NCBI GenBank assembly: GCA_017934955.1 | Contig: JAGBIO010000012.1 | Location: 12,691 to 44,690 of the forward strand | Reading direction: 5' to 3' | DNA length: 32,000 bases | Source of the DNA: Clostridia bacterium | GTDB lineage: Bacteria > Bacillota > Clostridia > TANB77 > RGIG9151 | Shown here: in pieces, positions 14,632 to 22,454 of the stretch | Position numbering within the stretch: position 1 is the first letter of the stretch | Layout: every line of letters begins with the position of its first letter | Translations under genes and position numbers: made by a program | Notes under the pieces: model-generated | Told to the model about the DNA's origin: nothing | Seen by the model: only the letters and a program-made list of their open reading frames with translations | Database searches by the model: none

Positions 14632-16578
14632 ATGAGAAACTATAAGTTTTGTTTAGGGATTTTAATAGTAATGATAACGATTGTTGGATTTCGAGTTTTT
14701 TTCATTTCAGAATGTAAATCAGAGGATATTCGAGATGCTGGAGAACTTATGTACCCTTCAAAACCAAAGCCAAAGCCGGTATATAATAAAAAGCCTGTGC
14801 ACTACCATAACAACAGTCAACATTGCAGTGCAACCCACTGTAATCATTCATGGTGCAGTTGCGGATCGGGAGCAAGTCATAGCTGCGGCGGCGGTTGCAC
14901 ATGGGGTTCATGGCAATTGTATAACGGAACACAACATGCGCAGTTATGCACAAGAGGGTGTGGCAGAACGAATGGTTTGCATAATGCTGCATGGAAATCT
15001 TGGTCAAGTAATCATACCATCGAATGTAACAAATGTACTCTTGTCGGAAGTCATACAGCAAACTGGGCGACAAACTATAGTATCAATAGTTCTACAGGAA
15101 ATCATGAACAAAAATGTACTAATAAATATATTACAACGTTAGCCGGTAAATCCGTTAATATTAATTCGCAAAAAAGTTGTACAGCGACGCGAGATGTACA
15201 TTCCCCGGAATTTACGGCGCCATATTATAAAATGAATGCTGCCGGAGAAAGTAACGGAAGTGCCCAGCATAGACGTGACTGTCAACATAGTGGGTGTAAC
15301 CTATCTGAGACGCATAATCCGACGTGGGGAGAATGGACAAGTATCAGCGACGATCAGCATAGACGAAGCTGTATATACGGATCGGGATGCGATTTAACAC
15401 AGACATTGCAACACAATAAGGTTTATACACCGATTGAAGGAGATATTCACAATCATATTGTTACTTGCGATAGCGGAGATACGGATCATCCATGTCCGTA
15501 TTATGCAATAAAAGAACATGTGGATAGCAATCCTCGAGATGGAAAATGTGATTTATGTAAAGATGGTAATGATAACTTTAAATTGTATCAAATAGAATAT
15601 GACCCGGAACCTACCGAATTAACCAATAAAGACGTTACGGTAACGGTTACGATGTACGATGTAGGAAATAAGACGGATATAACAAAAAGTCATATTTATA
15701 CGAAAAACAATTTAAATGAACTGGAAGAAGAACGTTATGAATTCGTTTTTGACGGAATTGATACGAGTAGAGATCAAATTAGACCAATTGTAGATCATAT
15801 CAATAAAAGTGTCAGCGGAAGAATTAAATATGAACCGAATAAGCCGACTTCAGAACCGGTAACGATTACATTTTTACCGGATTACGAAGAAGAAACTTAC
15901 GGAGATTACCAAAGGGCGGAATATGGAAACAGAAGTAAGCAAATTTACGGAAGAATTTTAATTGACGGAGAGCCGATTCCGGATTGGCAACTGGCGGAAA
16001 CTGCTTCACGAGTTCCGACAATCACGCATACATTTACAGAAAACGGAAGTTGTGAAATTGAGTTATATGATACGGTAGGAAACGGAAACCGTGATAGTGA
16101 GGAAGGAAAACAAAGTGTAAAAATACCGGTTATGGTAGATTGGATTGTTTCGGGTCAAGCAACGGTAGCGACAACCAGTAACGTATTGGAAAACGGAACT
16201 GTCTTTACCGATCTCTTGATTAATGCAGATAAAGAATGGAATATAACGGATGCACAACAGCAAATTGCAGTAAAAATCTATCAAATTACGGCAGAAGGAA
16301 ATATTGTAGCAACAGAAAAGAGTGCAAGAATCAGCAAATTGGAAGTAAAAGATTATACAGAAAACAGAATCACCGAGACGCCGATTGGAAGAGGATTATA
16401 CTATATCAAAGTCGGAATCGGCGGTCCGGGTATCTTTACAAGTGATCCGGAACAAGAAAGTACACGTTATATCGTGGAAATCAGTACGATAACTCCAAAT
16501 CAAGGAGAGCCGGGTTTAACGATTTTAGGAAAGAACCGAATAGAAGTGACGGTTAATAAATTAAATGATTTAACATAG
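14632..16578 (+). CDS. Secreted or membrane-anchored Cys/His-repeat protein (648 aa): N-terminal hydrophobic anchor, PKPKP linker, about 6 Cys2His2-like modules, then beta-rich Ig-like C-terminal half
   Basis: ATG 14632 follows the AGGAGAGGGTG RBS. The N-terminus carries the TM/signal segment CLGILIVMITIVGFRVFFI. The region around 14800-15576 encodes repeated W-x2-W...H-x3-C-x(2-5)-C...H units. The stop lies 12 nt before the next gene. No family name was recognised. Confidence 0.85.
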   Translation: MRNYKFCLGILIVMITIVGFRVFFISECKSEDIRDAGELMYPSKPKPKPVYNKKPVHYHNNSQHCSATHCNHSWCSCGSGASHSCGGGCTWGSWQLYNGTQHAQLCTRGCGRTNGLHNAAWKSWSSNHTIECNKCTLVGSHTANWATNYSINSSTGNHEQKCTNKYITTLAGKSVNINSQKSCTATRDVHSPEFTAPYYKMNAAGESNGSAQHRRDCQHSGCNLSETHNPTWGEWTSISDDQHRRSCIYGSGCDLTQTLQHNKVYTPIEGDIHNHIVTCDSGDTDHPCPYYAIKEHVDSNPRDGKCDLCKDGNDNFKLYQIEYDPEPTELTNKDVTVTVTMYDVGNKTDITKSHIYTKNNLNELEEERYEFVFDGIDTSRDQIRPIVDHINKSVSGRIKYEPNKPTSEPVTITFLPDYEEETYGDYQRAEYGNRSKQIYGRILIDGEPIPDWQLAETASRVPTITHTFTENGSCEIELYDTVGNGNRDSEEGKQSVKIPVMVDWIVSGQATVATTSNVLENGTVFTDLLINADKEWNITDAQQQIAVKIYQITAEGNIVATEKSARISKLEVKDYTENRITETPIGRGLYYIKVGIGGPGIFTSDPEQESTRYIVEISTITPNQGEPGLTILGKNRIEVTVNKLNDLT

Positions 16579-16590
16579 TTGGAGGGTAAG

Positions 16591-19500
16591 ATGAAAAAGA
16601 ATATTTCGATCGTATTATTATTTTTCATAATTCTATTTGGTTTGCGAACCTTTTCTTTGGGGACGGCATTTACGTGTTGCGACAATCCGGATCAACAATA
16701 CGGACACGATAATTGCACCAATTGGGTTTGCTTAAATTGTGGTGCCCATTGGCCGAACGCATGTCAAGATGTTCCTGTGATTACGAAGGCAGAAGTTACG
16801 AAATATACAACCGGAACCATCAGTGTTACAGTAGCCGGACAAAATGCGCATTCTGTTAGGGCAGCTGTTTGGTCGGAAGAAGGCGGACAAGATGATATTG
16901 CTTGGTATGAAATAAAGAATGATACGGATATCGGAATTTTTGAAAAAACGGTAAGTATTGATTTAACGCCACATATGGCGAACGGAGAACAATCTTTTTA
17001 TGCAAAGATTTATTTTTCAAAGACGAGTTATGCTTCTACGAGAGAAGTCTTTTCGGAACATACGATTTTATGGAAAACAGATACTACTCCGCCCACGTCT
17101 CCTACTTTGATTGGAGGCGCATCTCGTTATTATAAGTTTTCCGATCTTGAAATTGAAACGGGTTCTAACAAAAGCTATTTTTTAGTAACGGCAAATCCGG
17201 GAACCGATGATGTTGATGGAAGGGCGCAAGCGTATTTATGGGTTTCTACCGACGGAGGAAGCAATTGGAATTACTTGGACTATCAGCAGGTAAAGATGAC
17301 ATGGAATGCGGATGATAATTATTATGAGTATCCTGTGTATATCGATAATTCAGAAACAACCTATACCTGCCTGGTTCGTAGTATTGATACCATGGGAAAT
17401 TGGGATGTGTCTGCAACAGGAGAGTATAAGGTACAGGATGTTATCATAGATAATACGATTCCGACGATTGAAGCGCCGACAGAAAGTCAGATTTTTTATA
17501 CGCCGGAAGCCAATTATACGGTAAGTGTGGACGCGGAGGATAAAGGCGGAGCCGGTATAGAAAGCGTAAAGTGGCGTGTTTATGATCCAAACGGAAACGA
17601 TGTAGAATTAGCGGATTCTACCGGTGTATCGGGAGATACCTATTCTTTAACCTATGAATTCAAAAGTGAGGGAGCTTATACCCTTGAACCGCGTGTTATT
17701 GACAGAGCCAATAATATCAGTTATTTGAGCAGCAGCGGAATTAGCATTCAGGTAGTATATGATGTTACAGCACCTTATGGTTCTGCAGATACAGATGCCT
17801 ATACAACGAACGGAGTGTTTACAATCGATGCGAAAGCCGGAGATGGAACATCCGGAATAAAAGAAATAAAATATGTAATAGCGGAGGAAGACGGGAGTAA
17901 TCCGGAAGAAGGATTAATTGTGCAAAATGCTACTTCCGGTACGGTAAATGTAGATTTAAGAAGCCGTGGAGAAGGAATTTACAAGGTAGAAGTGTATGCT
18001 TACGATAATGCCGGAAATTCTGCGGTAACCGCGGAAAATAAAGTGGTTTATTTATCGGATATTGCGGCAACCTTTGAATGGGAGGCATTGGGCGGAGAAG
18101 AAGTGTTCTTTGATGCGTTATTTAATTCGGATAATGTGGTAAGTTGGGGTGACGGAACGATAACACAGTGTATCGCCGGTCAGAATAAAGTCACTCATAC
18201 ATATAGTGTGTCCGATACTTATACGGTACAAATATTTAAGAAAGGTATTGTGACGTTAAATTTAGCCAATAAAGGGATTACTTCTTTAGAGGTGAGCGGC
18301 GCAACTGCTTTAGAGAAATTATACTGTTACGATAACGATATAAAAACATTAGACGTAAGTAAAAATACCGCGTTAAAGGAGCTTTTAGCATACGGTAACG
18401 AAAATATTGGTAACATCAACTTAGGAAACGTAGCTATTGAAAAATTATTTGTGCATCCGAATCAATCGGTAAGCAATCAAAATTCCGCTACGAAAAAGAA
18501 TTATATTGAAGTGCTGGAAAGTAAGGGAAATAAATATGGAAGAATTATTTATTCCAACAATGTATTTAAAATAACACCAAACGAAGATGGCATTTTAGAG
18601 AGAATTTTGGTAAATGGGGTTAGTATCGGAACCGATCATACGGACTATATCTTTAATAACAGTGATAATGAGGTTTGGCTAAAGGCGGAATTCAGCCATT
18701 CCGATACGCTTCGCTCTTTTACGGCGAATGCACCGGTATTGGCAGAGGGAATAATGAAACCGGTAAAATTTGTGAATAATGTTTGGAAAGAAACAACTGA
18801 AGATGATGTAGAATGGTATAATTATGAGAACGGTAAATGGGCAAATATGATGTTAGAGGATGGAAGTCTGTTTGTTTGGATTCCTCGTTATACCTATAAG
18901 GTTGATTATGATAATAATACGATTGATATTAAGTGGAGCCAGGGAAAAACAGATGATACATCCGGCGGATATATGCGTCATCCTGCCTTTTACATGGGAG
19001 AATATTTGGGTGGAAATCCGAATGCCAATTCTTCTTTTGCGGGAAGAACCGGAAATTTAAATGAATTAAACGGTTTCTGGATGGCAAAGTATATGGCGAG
19101 TGAAAGTTCCGGAACGATACAATCCAAGCCGGATAAAACTCCGTTAGTAACGGATATCAATGAAGCCTTTGAAAAATCAATCGCCTTAAAGGAAAAAAGG
19201 ATTAATCAAACGGGTGTATTTACTCATTTAACCAAAAACAGCGAATGGGGTGCGGTTGCGTATTTGTCAATGGCAAAAGGTTTTACATCACGTGAGAATA
19301 CTACCGAAAAAACAGGAAATGACAAATCGGTTCTTCAAAGCAGTACAAAGAATATATACGGAGTATTTGATTTAAATGGACCGATAGGGGAATATGTTGC
19401 GGGATTTATTCCGAATGCCGTTTCACAAAACAATGCACCAAGTTTAAATATTTCCTATTATAAAGAGTATGTAGATCGATTCTCAAATTCGAAACAATAT

Positions 19501-22380
19501 TACGGTCTTTCCTTAACAGAATTAGCAGATGTTACAGGAAATAATCTTCTTCCAAATGAAAATAAACCGTTTTTTGTAAGAGGTAGCGGGGATATCGGGG
19601 TATATGGCTATAAAAATGCGACCGGGATGGAAGATGAATTCGGTTTTAGACCGACGATAGCGGTGGATAATGCTTATATGGCAGGAGAACTTGCTTTATT
19701 TGAGACAGAAGCTTCCGTAATTGCCGGAGATTATTTAATTATTACGGTCGATTTTTCCGTAAAGAAGCCATGGAAGTTTGACTTGGCAGAAGGTGAATCG
19801 CTGAAAGAAAAAATATTTGACTTTATCGACTTAAAATTTGTTCAAACCGGTAACTCCGAATTAGGAAGCAGTGTCGAACTTTACCAGACGACCTTAAATC
19901 CGGAACTTTTGGAGATGTCGGGGAGCGAGACCGGAATTATTGATTTGGAGAATGGTTTTAACAATACTTTTAATGCCGACGAAAAGTATTTCTTAAAGAT
20001 TAGAGTGGGCGGTTACGCAGATGATGATAAAGAGTATCCTATCTTTATTAATATTAAGAATATGACATCGAAGATTATTGTCGAAGAAATGAGACTGATC
20101 AATAGAGAAAATGGAAATGCTTTAAAATTAGAGGGCTATCCGTATGATAAAATACGTTTATCTGTCGTAAATAGAAAAGGCGAATACAGTGGCTTGGAGT
20201 CGGTTGGACTAATTTCAACACCGGTAAAAACAGAATATGATTTAGGGGAACCGATTGATGTTACCGGCGGTGTTTTACAGCTAAACTATAATGGCGGATT
20301 GAGTAGCGGTACGGTTGATTTAACAGCATCCAATATTGTAGATTACGATACGCTAACCGAAACTTCCGGATATAAAGAACAAATTCCGATGATTTATGAC
20401 GGAAAAGAAGTTTTACAGGGAGACGGGTATAAAACCTTTAATATTACAGTAAGCGATAAACGCAAATATAAAGTAGAAATACAGAAAAGTGTGACACCGG
20501 ATAAAGGAAAGCCTTTCGGTACGGTAGATGGTGCCGGCAGTTACGCATCCGGAGATGCCGTGACGGTAAGGGCTTTTGGAATGAATGGATATAAATTTAA
20601 GAATTGGACGTCCGGAGATATGAATATAACAGATGGTGAACAGAATGAGTTAAAGTTTAATCAACCGGAATCTAATGTGAATGTTACGGCAAATTTTGTG
20701 GGTGTTCTTCGTTTAGAGGAAGCAATACCGCCAACAAAAGAATTTGAGAAGAACGATCGGTTTACTTTAGGACCGATGCGGTTGGTTGCTGTATATGCAG
20801 ATGGAACGACAGAATATGTTACAGTGACAACGTCGGGACTTACGACGAATATCGGAATCGGGGAAATCTTGGACCTCGATGAAAGTACAGATGTTATCAT
20901 TGAGTATGGCGGAGCAGAATTTGAATATACAATTGATATTGTAAAACGGAAGTATCCGATAACTCTGGCGATTAACAATGCAAATGCAGGTGTGATTCGA
21001 GATGCGGAAAACACGATAAAGGTACCGTATAACGGCAGAAGCAGTATAGAGGAGTACATTTCTTATGATACCATTCTTTCCTATGTTGCCGAACCAAAAC
21101 CGGGATATGAATTTGCAGGTTGGGATATTTCTATGGACGGAATTCTTTCGGAAGCTGATAAGACCTCTTCTGCAATCAGCTTTACGATGCCGGAGAGTAA
21201 TATAACGCTAACTGCTAATTTTGCTTTATTGGAGTATACGTTAAAGTATATTTCTACCGAAGGCGGTGTTATTTTAGGAGAAACCGAACAAGTTTTGAAA
21301 AAAGGTTATGATGGCTCGGTAGTAGAAGCGGTTGCAAATGACGGGTATTATTTCTATGGTTGGGACGATGGTTATACTCAGCCGGTTAGACAAGATACGA
21401 ATGTGGAAGAAGATAAAACGTATACGGCAATATTCTACGAAGGGTATGAAGTTTCTTTCTATGGATATGATGATATCAAGATCGGAGAGACCCAAAGAGT
21501 AAATGCCGGGGAAAGTGCAATTCCGCCGGATGCGTCGCAAGTACCGGTAAAGGAAGGATATCAATTTAACGGCACATGGAGTGAAGATTATACAAATGTA
21601 CAAAGAAATTTAACAATTTATGCAAACTATGATATAGAGGGCTATGAAGTGACTGTGACGTATGACAGCGATGCCGGCGAAGCAACGGGCGCAGGAATTT
21701 ATACGTTAGATACACTTGTGGAACTTTCGGTTACAAAAATAAATACGAATTACACATTCCAAGGCTGGAAGTTGCTAAAGGACGATGGAACCGATGTGAC
21801 AACAGAACTATTCCCGAAGAGTAATTCCGAGCCAACAATTTACTTTACTATGCCTGCCTATAACGTAAGAGCGGAAGCTGTTTTCGTTCCAACGGTAGTG
21901 GTAGGAATACAAGTAAACGGGGTTATTGTGTATAGTAACTTTGTTGTAGGAAGCGAATTAAATATTAAAGCAGAAAGCAACGAGAAATATGACTTTAATA
22001 AATGGTTGGAGGATAGCGGATTATTTACGGAGTCCCAAAGCATCATGCGAGAAATTAGCGTTCAAGTTCCGTCTTCGATGACAATTATAAATGCGGATTA
22101 TACTGCAACTACGCCAATGTATTATAAAGTTATGATACAAGCGGAAGGAAACGGTACTGTGACAACGCAAATCGGAGAGAATACCATGACCGGTTCCGGG
22201 ATGCAGGAAGCTTTGATGGGTTCTGAAATGGAGGTATCCATTACTCCGGACGAAGGATATCAAGTGACCGAATTAAAACTAAACGGTTATGCTTTTGAGA
22301 ATCCGGAAACGATTCCTTCCATATTTGTAAATTATGTGAATATGGATATTCTTATCGAAGCAACTTTCTCAGCAATTTAA
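16591..22380 (+). CDS. Giant mosaic surface protein/adhesin (1929 aa)
   Basis: Signal peptide MKKNISIVLLFFIILFGLRTFSLG. A 6-Cys segment follows. Recognised domains in order:
- A GBS Bsp-like repeat motif (AAVWSEEGGQDDIAWYE).
- Several Ig-like modules (DNTIPT..., SGIKEIKYV).
- A PKD-like segment (WGDGT...HTYSVSDTYTVQI).
- Leucine-rich repeats (ITSLEVSGATALEKLYCYDNDIKTLDVSKNTALKELLAYGN).
- An FGE-sulfatase/C-type-lectin-like region (FVWIPRY, HPAF, GFWMAKY, NSEWGAVAYL, YGVFDLNGPIGEYVAG, FGFRP).
- Big_3-like modules.
- At least 6 Listeria-Bacteroides (InlB B-type) repeats (GYKFKNW, GYEFAGW, GYYFYGW, GYQFNG, YTFQGW).
There is no LPXTG, SLH or choline-binding anchor. Confidence 0.9.
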   Translation: MKKNISIVLLFFIILFGLRTFSLGTAFTCCDNPDQQYGHDNCTNWVCLNCGAHWPNACQDVPVITKAEVTKYTTGTISVTVAGQNAHSVRAAVWSEEGGQDDIAWYEIKNDTDIGIFEKTVSIDLTPHMANGEQSFYAKIYFSKTSYASTREVFSEHTILWKTDTTPPTSPTLIGGASRYYKFSDLEIETGSNKSYFLVTANPGTDDVDGRAQAYLWVSTDGGSNWNYLDYQQVKMTWNADDNYYEYPVYIDNSETTYTCLVRSIDTMGNWDVSATGEYKVQDVIIDNTIPTIEAPTESQIFYTPEANYTVSVDAEDKGGAGIESVKWRVYDPNGNDVELADSTGVSGDTYSLTYEFKSEGAYTLEPRVIDRANNISYLSSSGISIQVVYDVTAPYGSADTDAYTTNGVFTIDAKAGDGTSGIKEIKYVIAEEDGSNPEEGLIVQNATSGTVNVDLRSRGEGIYKVEVYAYDNAGNSAVTAENKVVYLSDIAATFEWEALGGEEVFFDALFNSDNVVSWGDGTITQCIAGQNKVTHTYSVSDTYTVQIFKKGIVTLNLANKGITSLEVSGATALEKLYCYDNDIKTLDVSKNTALKELLAYGNENIGNINLGNVAIEKLFVHPNQSVSNQNSATKKNYIEVLESKGNKYGRIIYSNNVFKITPNEDGILERILVNGVSIGTDHTDYIFNNSDNEVWLKAEFSHSDTLRSFTANAPVLAEGIMKPVKFVNNVWKETTEDDVEWYNYENGKWANMMLEDGSLFVWIPRYTYKVDYDNNTIDIKWSQGKTDDTSGGYMRHPAFYMGEYLGGNPNANSSFAGRTGNLNELNGFWMAKYMASESSGTIQSKPDKTPLVTDINEAFEKSIALKEKRINQTGVFTHLTKNSEWGAVAYLSMAKGFTSRENTTEKTGNDKSVLQSSTKNIYGVFDLNGPIGEYVAGFIPNAVSQNNAPSLNISYYKEYVDRFSNSKQYYGLSLTELADVTGNNLLPNENKPFFVRGSGDIGVYGYKNATGMEDEFGFRPTIAVDNAYMAGELALFETEASVIAGDYLIITVDFSVKKPWKFDLAEGESLKEKIFDFIDLKFVQTGNSELGSSVELYQTTLNPELLEMSGSETGIIDLENGFNNTFNADEKYFLKIRVGGYADDDKEYPIFINIKNMTSKIIVEEMRLINRENGNALKLEGYPYDKIRLSVVNRKGEYSGLESVGLISTPVKTEYDLGEPIDVTGGVLQLNYNGGLSSGTVDLTASNIVDYDTLTETSGYKEQIPMIYDGKEVLQGDGYKTFNITVSDKRKYKVEIQKSVTPDKGKPFGTVDGAGSYASGDAVTVRAFGMNGYKFKNWTSGDMNITDGEQNELKFNQPESNVNVTANFVGVLRLEEAIPPTKEFEKNDRFTLGPMRLVAVYADGTTEYVTVTTSGLTTNIGIGEILDLDESTDVIIEYGGAEFEYTIDIVKRKYPITLAINNANAGVIRDAENTIKVPYNGRSSIEEYISYDTILSYVAEPKPGYEFAGWDISMDGILSEADKTSSAISFTMPESNITLTANFALLEYTLKYISTEGGVILGETEQVLKKGYDGSVVEAVANDGYYFYGWDDGYTQPVRQDTNVEEDKTYTAIFYEGYEVSFYGYDDIKIGETQRVNAGESAIPPDASQVPVKEGYQFNGTWSEDYTNVQRNLTIYANYDIEGYEVTVTYDSDAGEATGAGIYTLDTLVELSVTKINTNYTFQGWKLLKDDGTDVTTELFPKSNSEPTIYFTMPAYNVRAEAVFVPTVVVGIQVNGVIVYSNFVVGSELNIKAESNEKYDFNKWLEDSGLFTESQSIMREISVQVPSSMTIINADYTATTPMYYKVMIQAEGNGTVTTQIGENTMTGSGMQEALMGSEMEVSITPDEGYQVTELKLNGYAFENPETIPSIFVNYVNMDILIEATFSAI

Positions 22381-22398
22381 GCACAAAAAATGAGGGAT

Positions 22399-22436
22399 AA
22401 AAAATGAGACTGCTTTTTCAGTAGCCTCATTTTTTA
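22399..22436. terminator. Bidirectional intrinsic terminator between the giant adhesin gene and convergent glgP
   Basis: AATGAGACTGCT / AGTAGCCTCATT stem (12 positions: one mismatch, one G-U pair), flanked by an A-run and a T-run. Confidence 0.75.
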
Positions 22437-22454
22437 TTCCTCATCTTTTGTGTT

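Noticed and set aside
14681-15142. 153-aa alternative-frame ORF (plus the antisense ORF 14747-15073) inside the Cys/His-repeat gene.
   Set aside because: It lies fully inside a longer ORF that has an RBS, a signal anchor and clear repeat architecture. The other same-strand or antisense ORFs in the track that lie inside confidently called genes (e.g. 180-898, 6220-6705, 20661-21059, 23591-24035) are treated the same way.
18800-19670. Diversity-generating retroelement target: a C-type-lectin/FGE-like fold in a surface protein.
   Set aside because: I could not find a near-identical template repeat with adenine-specific differences anywhere in the window. There is no reverse transcriptase or Avd-like gene, and the domain is internal rather than C-terminal.
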